Of a stretch of 20,000 bases of DNA, positions 1 through 10,099 are shown piece by piece. The notes under the pieces are model-generated. The model was given only the letters and a program-made list of their open reading frames with translations, did no database searches and was not told the DNA's origin. The translations under genes were made by a program, and so were the position numbers. The DNA comes from Catajapyx aquilonaris. Taxonomy: Eukaryota. The first letter of the stretch is position 1. Each line of letters begins with the position of its first letter. The DNA lies in NCBI GenBank assembly GCA_000934665.2, contig KZ538089.1:109319-129318 (forward strand). The letters are read 5' to 3'.

Positions 1-338
1 TATGTCGGGCCAAACGAGAGAAGGACATCCAACCCGGGCCAACATGCTGCGTGTGTATACCTGCAGGGGCCAAAGCTGGGGCCCGGTATAATAATTGGGC
101 AAACCCACCCTCCCTTGGCTCCAATCATTATTGTGTCGGTGGTGTTTTGTGGGGATGGGTAGTTATGCAATTAACATTGGACTCCTTTTAAATTGCACTT
201 CCGTCCGTCACAACGAGAAGGGCCGACACGTTGATGACCCTAAGCGATGACCCCCACTATATAGTATATAAAACCCCCCCTCCTGGTCGCAGGTTCTGGC
301 TGCTATTATTATTGTTGTTGTTTGGTATCGTCCTGCAG

Positions 339-2368
339 GGGGAAGATGCTCCTCGGCTACTCCGACGCTGAACTGGCCAACATGGGTGGTTATGATCTAG
401 TCCACTACGATGACCTCGCCTATGTGGCCAGTGCGCACCAAGAATGTAAGTGTCTGCCTGTCTCATTATTTTTGTTGCCACGTTGCGAACGATCCGTCGA
501 CTGACCGCCCCGTCATTGTTGCAGTGCTGAAAACTGGTGCTTCGGGTATGATCGCCTACCGCATGCAGACGAAGGAGAGCCAGTGGCAGTGGCTCCAGAC
601 CAGCTCCAGACTGGTCTACAAGAACTCCAAGCCGGACTTTATCATCAGCACGCACCGACCACTCATGTGAGTACATTTCCCCACGCAACACCCTTTGTTT
701 GCTATGGACGACATCTGACTGATGCCGCTGCTCTTTGATTGTTATAGGGAGGAGGAAGGTCGCGACCTTCTGGGCAAGAGGACGATGGACTTCAAGGTGA
801 GCTACCTGGACGCGGGGCTGACCAACTCATACTTTGCGGACTCGGAGGCTGCGGCGCCGTCGCAGAGGATGAACCGCCGGTACAAGACGCAGCTCCGGGA
901 CTTCCTCTCCACCTGTCGAACCAAGCGGAAACTGGGCTCCGAGTACCTGAACGACCCGGGGTACGCGGCGGCGGCCAACTTCAACAACGTGTACGCCACG
1001 GCCGCGGCGGCCGCGGCCTACCCGCCGGACAACGGGCTGTACAGCATGCAGCAGAACCTGCAGAACTTCCAGAACCTGTACCCGACCATCGACAACCGCT
1101 TCCTTTCCACCGACAACCTGTTCCAGACCTACCGGCCCCTGGGCACCTACTACACCGACTACGCGACTGCGGCGGCGGCGGCGCACCACTCTCCCTACAG
1201 CAACCTGGGCAACGGCTTCTTGGACGTCAGTCCGCGCACCACCTGTCCGCTGCCCACCTACGACACGGCGGCTGCCGCTGCGGCTGCGGCTGCGGCGGCT
1301 CAGCTGACCTCCGCGACGAAGACGCCGGAGAACAAGCTGTACCCGTGTCAGCTGGACCCAACCGGGGTGGCGTCGCCGGGAGGGGGAACCGGCGCCAAAG
1401 TGTACTCCAACGACCGGGGGAAGTTGGGCTCGTGTGCGGACTACATGGTCGGGGTGAGTTGCGACAAGAAGATGGAGATGGTGCAGCAGCAGCAGCAGCA
1501 GCATCCGCACCAACAGCACCAGCAACATCAGCAGCAACAGCAGCAACACCACCAGCAACAGCAGCAACAACACCAGCAGCATATGCAGCACCAGCAGCAC
1601 CAGCAGCACTTGCAGCATCACCACCAGCAGCAGCAGCAGCAGCACCACCACCAGGCCGCGAACGGGCTGACAAAAGTGGAGGACCACCACCACCACCACC
1701 AGTCGATGTACGCGAGCAACGACACGAGACAGACGGTGTTGATGTGGGGCAGCGGCAGGAGCGGCAGCGGCGGCAGCGGCGGCAACGGGTCTCCGTCGCC
1801 GACGCCGCCCAACGCCAACAGCCTCCACCACGTGAGCTACGTGGACTCTGGCGGCGGCGGCGGCGGTGGCGGCAGCAGTGGAAGCCCCGGGACGCCGACC
1901 ACCGCCGCCGCCGCCATCATCACCAGCAGCAGCAACGGGAACAGCAACAGCAACAGCAGCACCAACGGCAACAGCAACGGGAACAGTGCGTCCACAGCGA
2001 CGACAACCAACAACAACAGCAAGAGTCATAATAGCAAAGGAAGTGGCGGTGGTGGTGGGGGTGGTGGTGGTGGTGCGGTGACGGTGGTGACGACGCCCAA
2101 CACCTCCTCGTACGGAGACCCGCTCAAGTCCCTGGTGGAGATGAACTCTCTGACGTCCTCGTCGTCTTCTGCGGCTGTGGCGGCCGCGGTGGCAGCCTGC
2201 AAGTGGGACCCCAGTTCCGTGACCCTGGCCAAACCAATCTCTTCCCCCAACGCCACTAGCACTAGTCCCAACAAGTCGAGTGGCTACGTCCCTTACAGTG
2301 AGAACGGGAGCGAGGTATGGCACCATCAGTACTACTCTTACCCTCCGTACCACCACACGCCTCAGTGA
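339..2368 (+). CDS. AhR: Aryl hydrocarbon receptor / spineless ortholog (bHLH-PAS), 3' part. Exons 339-445, 525-666, 748-2368 (or ending earlier at donors 2314/2364, see findings); 5' exons lie upstream of the window
   Basis: Spliced translation (R)GKMLLGYSDAELANMGGYDLVHYDDLAYVASAHQELLKTGASGMIAYRMQTKESQWQWLQTSSRLVYKNSKPDFIISTHRPLMEEEGRDLLGKRTMDFKVSYLD is the PAS-B/PAC region of arthropod spineless/AhR as I recall it. GT-AG introns 446-524 (phase 1, CTGAC branch at 501) and 667-747 (phase 2) keep the frame. A/Q/H/G/S/N low-complexity tail follows; TGA at 2366-2368. Confidence 0.95.
1484..2073 (+). repeat. Coding trinucleotide repeats (CAG/CAA/CAC poly-Q/H, GGC/GGT poly-G, AGC/AAC S/N) in the AhR large exon
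   Basis: Directly visible runs at about 1484-1700 (Q/H), 1850-1873 (G), 1925-2020 (S/N/T) and 2045-2073 (G). Confidence 0.9.
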
Positions 2369-2575
2369 GTGCCCGTTTTATTTTTTCTCACCTTTTTCCT
2401 TTTTTACCCCTTTCTCTCTCTCTGTGCCTCTCTCTCTATATAACTATCTCTATCTATCTCTTTCTCTATATCTATACAGTATATGCCTTGGTCGCACGAT
2501 TGCCTGCACTGATGCTGAACTCTATACCGCTTCGCATGTCTCTCTCTCCAGCTCTGCATGTGTTCAATGAGAGTA

Positions 2576-2750
2576 CACTGTAAACCGAAAAACATTAAAA
2601 AGAGCATCACTAGTGATGGAGCATCAATTTGTAATGCTCTTGTGATGCTTTTTTTTGTTGCTAAAATGCATTAGAAGCGCATTAAAAATTGATGTTCCAT
2701 TGGGAGACTCACTATATAGATGCGCTTTTCATGTTTTGCGGTTTACAGTG
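2576..2750. mobile_element. 175-bp foldback MITE with CACTG...CAGTG termini flanked by TA (CMC/EnSpm-like, or Tc1/mariner-like)
   Basis: Left TA|CACTGTAAACCGAAAAACATTAAAAAGAGCATC versus reverse complement of the right end TA|CACTGTAAACCGCAAAACATGAAAAGCGCATC. Inner arms (about 2616-2648 versus 2668-2700) are also complementary. Confidence 0.8.
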
Positions 2751-3162
2751 TACATATTGGAGGCATGAAGTTGCGGACACTGGAATATTTTTTTCAATAG
2801 ATTGTGCCCATAGTTGGCGGAGTGATGTCCGTGACTTGATGTCCCCGAGAGTGCCTTTCGCATGCCCAGTTGTTGTTATTAATAATGAATGAACTCTGAT
2901 TGAAGAAAAGCGGCTTCACATGCAATGAGCTGTCAATATTCGCAAATTGAAGGGGGGTGGTTTTGCATTTTGGGCAAATTTTATTGCGCAGGTAAGGTGC
3001 ACATTTACTGCTGTGCACGCGTACACTTGTTAGTATACGCGTCCTTTTCTTTTTTGGCATTTACAGATTCCTCGAGCTAACATTAGCACGGTCCGAAAAT
3101 GCAACCCACATAAATTTCTCGCGTTGAGAGATGGAGGGGGTGGGGGTGGGGGTGGGGGGGGG

Positions 3163-3212
3163 NNNNNNNNNNNNNNNNNNNNNNNNNNNNNNNNNNNNNN
3201 NNNNNNNNNNNN
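3163..3212. other. Assembly gap (50 N) directly after a (GGGGGT)n/poly-G run at 3136-3162
   Basis: N run seen in the sequence. Confidence 0.99.
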
Positions 3213-3625
3213 CCCTCTCGAACAATTTTTTGGGGGAAAAAAGGAGCGGAAAAATCGTCACTTGTCAGAGATGTCAATGGGACCGAACTGTATTGAATGG
3301 GATTTTTTTTCTTCTCCCCCCCTGACAGATATAGTTGGGGGGTCCAGCCAAGTTTTGCGTGATTCCTGACCCGATGTCCACCGGATGACCCATCCAATTG
3401 AATGGGGCGATGTGCAATTACGCGTATGGGAGTGGTGCATATAATAATATAATGAGTCGGACGTAAGGATACTGATTTGTATGAGGCAGTCTTCCGGGTT
3501 TGGGGTCTCGGCGTCGGCAATCACTGCTAGGAAAGAAAAAAATATATAATAAACCAACGTGTGATTTGAGGCCTCCTCGGCCTTTTGCGTGTCGAGGCCA
3601 ATGCGTCATTTTTTTACCATTTTTT

Positions 3626-3626
<1 letters not shown>

Positions 3627-3672
<46 letters not shown>

Positions 3673-3694
3673 CTCTACCTCTCTCTCTCTCTCT
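3627..3694. repeat. (GA)22 microsatellite (3627-3670) followed by (CT)8 (3679-3694)
   Basis: Directly visible. Confidence 0.95.
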
Positions 3695-4456
3695 CCCTGA
3701 AGCCGTGACACATCTATACCGTTCAGATTGCAGATCGGGGTTTTGGGGCACGAGAGGCCGGATCCACATCCAGCACGAGATTTTTTCGAGAAAGGAAATG
3801 TGGCATGAGGCCCTGCACAATCACGAACTACTATTAGCCAGGGCAAAAGGAGGAGGGGAAAGGGGGGGGGAGGGAGGGGGTGGTAACTATCGCGATAGGT
3901 CTCTTCGTAGGCAGATGACAATCTCAACCTCTGCTATATTATGGAGCTGGATTTGGACGGGCAGGGGTTTTAAAAAAAAATTGCATTTACCTTTTCTAGA
4001 ACCTCGAGCTTAAAGGTCGCCCCCCATCTGATGCATTAAGGGGGTGGGAGGGGGGTGGGAGTTTAATTTATTATTGCTGTTAATCCTGCAGGCCATGAAG
4101 GCAGCAAATGATTCAGCCGAGTATCAGGATTGAGATATGAGAGTGGTGTACTGGCAAATGTGCCATTACTGACATTTGCGTAACTCTTGCATTACCAACA
4201 TTGTGTATGTAATGAAACCTAATGCTGGTAGACGCTTTTCTATAGCATGTTCTTAAACATTAATGAGTAGCGTATGGAATCAATCCATATGTTGCATAAC
4301 AGTGTGTGAGTATGCCTACTTCGGGCTGTGTATTGTAGTTATTTGGTGGTGTTGAGTTGTTTTATAACGATGTTGCACATGATTATTCATAATATTTATA
4401 CTACAAAGTGTAAGTCGTGCGTGCGTGTGTTTCATGATGGAACTTCTTGCTTACAG

Positions 4457-4552
4457 CTCAGCCACCGACAGCTACTACCCGTCGATAAATCGGAGCGGAG
4501 TCCTCTGTTGTCCATCTCTGAAGTGACCAACACGCTGCTCAACCACGAGTGA
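4457..4552 (+). CDS. AhR: Probable alternative terminal coding exon of AhR/spineless (LSHRQLLPVDKSERSPLLSISEVTNTLLNHE*)
   Basis: Acceptor ttcttgcttacag| ending at 4456; GC-richer coding-like block inside AT-rich sequence; in frame with phase-0 donor GAG|GTATGG at 2314/2315. PLLSISEVTNTLLN resembles the C-terminus I recall from insect AhR proteins (from memory, unverified). Confidence 0.7.
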   Translation, partial: LSHRQLLPVDKSERSPLLSISEVTNTLLNHE

Positions 4553-5394
4553 TCAAGCGGAGGAAATTATTCACAAATCGGATGGTCCGCAACAAGACAG
4601 GTACTAAAACTCTAATACATTGATGTAATTTCTTTCATGGTGAAGCATATATGATGCCCAGCAGGTTGTTGAACTATAGTAACAACAGCGCACAAGTTTG
4701 TGAAGGCAAAATTAATGTCGTTTCTTTTCTCATTTTCCAGGTGTCGAGTCCAGCACTTGTGTGATTGCGGTCCAACCTGAAACCCACAGTTACATTCCAT
4801 ACTTGAAAATCAAAAGCATTTTCCCCCCTCCTGTTGTATAATGTTGAACCTTTCGTGAACAATAGGCCTAAGCCTTGTGTTGTCATAATGATAGTAATGA
4901 TAATTAATAAGATAATCACTTTTTATTTCAATTTTTTTCGTTGTACAAGTTTGTAAATCAGTTTGTCCATAATTATACATAAATATTATAATATACGTGT
5001 TTTTCTCTGTGATAAGTGTACTCGTGAGAATCGCTGTAAGATATAGTGCGCTTATTTTGATTGAGTTTTTTGTGTACAGTAATTCGTGAGGCCACGTTTG
5101 TTTTTCTTGGCTAGAGAAAACCAACCTAGAGACAGTATTCTACTCTGCTAGATAGCTTTAAAATGACCATATAGAGTTGGAAGCGCGGGGTGCCCTTTTT
5201 CTTGACCTTTTCTCGACTTCCCAGCCATTAAATGGCATCATGTGAATTCCCCCCCACCCCTTTCTCTTTCCATCGTCCAAACTGTAAGCTACTGTACCTG
5301 GCATAACGAGAAAGAGCGTGTCTCTATGTTAACAATATTGTCGGACACAAAACAAAATTATGTTCGGAGTCTTGCTTTAAAAAATAAAAATAAA
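4553..5394 (+). other. Putative AhR 3' UTR up to tandem AATAAA signals (5383-5388, 5389-5394); may extend to about 6.1 kb
   Basis: AT-rich, TGTA-rich sequence after the terminal exon, two adjacent AATAAA hexamers, several miRNA seed matches. Confidence 0.45.
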
Positions 5395-5854
5395 CACTAT
5401 AGGACCGTTTGCTAGTTTAGGACCTTACAGGGAGTGACATATTCTCGTGGTTGTATTGTTGTCATAGTACCTTTTTTTTTATTTGTAGACTGGTGACAGA
5501 GAATCTCACGAACTTCAAAGATACAGAGGCTATAGGGGGTCATTCAAGTGACTTGATAACATTGATGTCTGGACAAAATCTTCCGAAAACAAATTATAAT
5601 TTTTGTTTGTTTTTGAGTGGCCTCCATATGTGATTGTTATTTTATTTGAATTCATGGAAGCTTTTGACTTCCATTTTCTGCATGCGTGAATTTTTTTTTC
5701 TGTTGGTCAGTTGAGGTAATACAACATCGTGTTTCTGTGCTTCCCGTTGTGTTTCTTTTCCTCTGTTTCCGGTTTCTGTCCACATCTTATTCCAATGTAG
5801 CGCGCTTCCTGCAGCGATTTCCAGAATGTCCAGGAAATTGGAAGCGCTGATTCA

Positions 5855-5878
5855 AATAATAATAATAATAATAATAAT
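5855..5878. repeat. (AAT)8 microsatellite
   Basis: Directly visible. Confidence 0.9.
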
Positions 5879-6229
5879 TTCATCGTAGACAAAAACAAAC
5901 AAGAAAAAAATAATTCTGGAAACGTACAAAAGTCTCCCAAACTGTTGTACTTTGGACATGTTACTCTGTGCGTGTATATATGTGAGTGTGTATGTTGCTG
6001 GAGGGAATACAACGTGTGACTGTATTTTTGTTCAATGTGACAATATCTCTTCCCTCTACACGATGCGTCCATTTCATTGACTTTGTGAAAAAAAATGCAC
6101 ATCAAATCAAAACAGTGAAACGCATGAGGTAAGATAAATCAAAATACTTGTAACTAAAGTCATATTTCTCCCCCCCCCCCCNCCCCCCCCCCATTGTATG
6201 TCAAACACTGTTTTTTTTTCTTCCCAAGT

Positions 6230-7890
6230 CTACATGCCTGTAAATAATTGCCAGTACCATTCAGTTTTGTACAGCAGACACTCATTACGTTCTGTCTTCT
6301 TGTATATTATGTGATCATCACAAAATGATCTTTGGTGAATTTTTGCACATTTTTTGCATGAAACCAACCTCGTCATGATGTCCTTTTTGACAGTAAAGGA
6401 AGCTGCAATATTGGATGGAGTAACAAAAAATGACATTCAAACTGCATGCCACCTAAATACAATGCAAAAGAAGAAGAAAATTTAGAAAAGTTTTTAACGG
6501 AGTCAGTTACTATTCAGAGTTCACTTAGTGAAGTAATTTATTTTACATCATATACGTAGGTTGAACTGGCCTCGTTGGAAATGTATTGCAGTTTGATATG
6601 TCATTGAAGCACTGCTTCCAACTTATTTCTTACCAAGAAACCCAGTCAAAAATAGTGGCCGTTGTGCTGCCACCTCCGCAATTGGCTCAATGTCGTAGTT
6701 TTCATTTCCATAAAGGCCAATTTCTCACAGGCCAAACCAGTCAGGGAATGGCCACACAAGCATCTCGTGGTCACTGTAGAACCTTCCCTTATAGTGATGG
6801 GCTGCTGAATAAATTGGCATTTGCTGGAAACGAACGTAGAGCAAGTCAATTCCGAAGGTGTCAGCACCACATTTTTTTTGGCATGCTACTTGCAATACCT
6901 AAGGACAACATACCGAAGAGGCTTCCTTTCGGAAACTTTTTTTGCTTGGCCAGATTTTAATGGCTACATTACTGTGTCGATTCCAAGACTTTTGAAGGTA
7001 ATCTACACTTACTTTAGGGCAATGCACCTGAAGTCACATAGTGGTGGAAAAGTTTTGGTTTCCCCCCCCTCCCCATTTACCCAGTGAATTTGAAAAAAAG
7101 GGCATTGCGTGCTGTAAAAGGATGGTGGATAATACTTCTTTCTGTCAACTCACATGGTCAGTTTCTTGTGTAAAACGTAATGGTAACGGTATATATTTAA
7201 AAAAAGTAAAGACGTCGGAGGACGGTTTAAAATCAAAGATATATGCTGTTTTCTTCTCATTGCCTAAAAACAATTTGCCACCTGCTGTGAATCTTTAGAA
7301 GATTAGCAGGCTTATTTGTATTGTCTATCAGGGTAAATAAAGTGCAATTCCTTGATTTACAAACTTGATCGGCATTAAATTGACAGCAGGATGGAAGGGA
7401 GCAGGATGAAGGTAAGTTTGTCATCATAACATTTTCTCAGCCTGGTGCATGACCCGAGGAGTGACATTTCTGCCACAGTATTTTTGAAGACAGCATTAGT
7501 CAGCACTCCGATGAAGGTTCTTATCTATGGTATATATGCCAAATGATGATTACAGGTGTGGGTGCAGTATTTCTCTGCAGTGACCGCACCATCTTCAACG
7601 GATAAATGGAAAGGAGTGACTTGAAATGGTTCAGGTAGAGAAAGAGAATATATTGAGACCTCTGCTAACGATTTCTTGAGGTCTTCAAGAAGCAACACTG
7701 GCGGGTGTGTATTCATATCAATTTAATTGTCAACATACAGATACTCTTGTTGAGGCTATTTCGCCACGGATGCCATCCTGCAGTTGGACTCCCATTTTTC
7801 TCCACTTTTTTCCTATGCATTCGAGCTTTTGCATTTGACACTTGCCTCCCCCACATGCGTGCGGGGCATTTTTCTCTCGGTGATCACCGC
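6230..7890 (-). pseudogene. Possible decayed multi-exon gene of unknown family (exon-like blocks at about 7890-7281, 6898-6634 and 6452-6230)
   Basis: Minus-strand acceptors (gtccttag|6898; ttttcttcttcttttgcattgtatttag|6452) and donor (TTG|gtaaga at 6634/6633); frames are long but interrupted by isolated stops. No family recognised. Confidence 0.3.
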
Positions 7891-8297
7891 CTAGTAATAT
7901 TCAGTTGAAATAGTGGGGCCGGTAGGATAAAAAGTGTTGGGCGGGGTAGATGGCATATATACGCTCCAATGTACTGCACAGTACGGTGCAGCAGAAGGAA
8001 ATAGCCTATACAAGCTGGACAAAGAACCGTCACCCAGGGACGACACAACGACGGAGTGATTCGGGGAATCTCGGAGGTCTGCGTGGCCCTGGTGAGTGAG
8101 TATGTATATAGGTACCCTACATTCCTACAACAAGTGTGTTGGTGATGTGGCTAGTGTTCCATAGCCACTAGCACCTCCACTGTCTGATGCAGGGGTCAGG
8201 AACTATACCCTTTTGACAAGCTTTTGGCCCATAGATATTAAAGGAGGGCTCTGTTTTGACCGCGATGCAGTCCATGTTGTGTCGGTGTATAGTAGTA

Positions 8298-8335
8298 TAA
8301 CTGACGCAACAAACAGTGGACAGTTGCGTCAGTTA
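8298..8335. repeat. Inverted repeat: perfect 13-bp arms (TAACTGACGCAAC) around a 12-nt loop
   Basis: 8298-8310 is the exact reverse complement of 8323-8335. Confidence 0.9.
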
Positions 8336-8832
8336 CGACTAATCATATCTTGACTTTTCCCATGGAATAGTGCTATCTGGTAGCATGTGACATATTGACA
8401 TAATGATCTACTTTCAATAAGCCATCTATCACCCAACAATACGCGACTTCATTTTTTGGTCCATGTCTCTGTTCCCCTGGAATTACCCTTATAGATTGAT
8501 TCTTATCATATGCGAACGAGTGATTTAGTTATATTCTGCTGTGCTACTCAACACAATAGGTTGGGATAGAACATGGAGTTGTTACCTGTCAACTTACAGT
8601 TAGTGTAGGAAAATATATTATTTGCAGGGTTGCCTATATAGAATGGGAAGGTGGAGGGTGGTGCAGTTTATTGATGTCGCTCTCCCCATTGTCATGCAAT
8701 CCTCTTAGAACTTGCTGCCTTATCCATGTGCCTCTCCTTTTCCGGCGAAAGCAGCAGGCATCCTCCTATTTGCCCATGTTCCGAACTATATTGCGTTTTT
8801 CCGAATTGATGATTGTACGCCTATAAGCTTGG

Positions 8833-8885
8833 GTGAAAGTTTAGTAACAATTGCTATAATATAGCAATTGTTACTAAACTTTCAC
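8833..8885. repeat. 53-bp palindrome: perfect 26-bp arms, 1-nt spacer
   Basis: GTGAAAGTTTAGTAACAATTGCTATA-A-TATAGCAATTGTTACTAAACTTTCAC. Confidence 0.95.
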
Positions 8886-9893
8886 AGAATATTAGCTGCT
8901 TCTATGCAACGGACTAACGAGGATTTAAAAGCGATTCCATCCTCCGTCCATCCTGTACCCCTATTAAATCCACACATAATTTTTGAAGAAAGGAGACACA
9001 GTGAAATATCATGAATCATAATTAATATTGGCTCCATAGCCTCTATTTCGCAGGACCACTTTTTTCTGTCTTTGGGGGATACTTGCCACCAGATTTTGCA
9101 ATGTGAGGGTTCCCAGATGCGGGACAGCCCCCAAAAGGGTGTCCTTGTTAGCAAACTTGCTTGACACCAATGAGTTGCCCCCGGTCTGGAGACAACCTCA
9201 TTGTAATAAGTTACTGCTATCCTCTTCTATGGACTCCTGGGTCATTAGAATGTCTACCAGACATAGTGGTAGCCAGAACTTGCATTCATGTGGCTAGTAA
9301 TTTAATGCCCTCGGAACATAACAAACATGTGATTAGCACAATCTCACAAAATGGATTGCAAGTCCTTACTACCTATTTCTATTTCCTGCCTTGTTGACCC
9401 TGTGGCCAGGGAAGCACTAAGGTAATACCTTAAAAAGTGCTTTTATATGATGATGATAATTTCTCCAGACCATGCAAGAAATCATTTTTGTTGAAAAAAG
9501 GACACAGATCATTGGAAAAATAACAAACAGCTTCAAATCAACAGGAGGTAAATTGTCCAGCCGAAGTCAGACTGACCCTAGATCAATGATTAATAATTGC
9601 AACAGGAAAGGGGGTTCACCCAGCATCAATCGCTACCTGTAAACAGTGGCAACAATAGAAAGAACACTAAGCACTCTCCATACGCCGATGTCCGAACATG
9701 CCCAGTTGCCAGGTATAATGCCAAAGCCGTTGTTTACATTTAGGATAATATGCTATATGCCCAGTACTGTAACATTTGAACTGCCATTTTCCAATAGGAC
9801 CTGCCGTATAATGAACATAGCATCCGTCTTTAAAAATTATTCAAATAAAATATAACATTGTTGAATAGCTACTATTGGCAACAATAATTAATG

Positions 9894-9935
9894 GTCAACA
9901 ACTCTAAAAAGTCAACAACTCTAAAAAGTCAACAA
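9894..9935. repeat. 17-bp tandem duplication (GTCAACAACTCTAAAAA x about 2.5) downstream of the WDR6 stop
   Basis: Units at 9894-9910 and 9911-9927, partial unit at 9928-9935. Confidence 0.9.
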
Positions 9936-10099
9936 GGGCACCGAAGTGGCTCTCTTGTAACATAATAACTACCATTTCCTTACACACGATAGTTTTACGA
10001 CCATTGGAAAAATACAATGCAAGACTTCTTCTGACAGGTTACTTTTTGCAACAAGACACTGTAACAGGAATTTTTATCCGCCTGGGTGGACTAGATCCC

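Noticed and set aside
1..105. Repeated GGGCCAA-like motifs
   Set aside because: Possibly a transposon remnant cut by the window edge; no terminus or TSD can be defined.
827..2356. 509-aa antisense ORF and several overlapping frame-shifted ORFs
   Set aside because: Shadows of the GC3-rich, trinucleotide-repeat AhR exon; V/L/R/A-rich translations with no domain.
3083..4013. ORFs with poly-G/P, ER or LS repeats
   Set aside because: Artefacts of the N gap, G-runs and the (GA)n microsatellite.
6169..6192. Poly-C run with an ambiguous base
   Set aside because: Homopolymer, likely low sequence quality; no functional evidence.
7950..8100. TATA-like motif, GC-richer block and GTGAGT donor on + (possible lncRNA first exon)
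   Set aside because: No downstream exon or other support; such motifs occur by chance.
8882..9400. Minus-strand frames of about 90 aa
   Set aside because: No recognisable motif and no clean splice boundaries; may be decayed repeat sequence.
9894..9935. Direct repeats considered as a CRISPR-like array
   Set aside because: Head-to-tail 17-bp duplication with no spacers, in a eukaryotic context.
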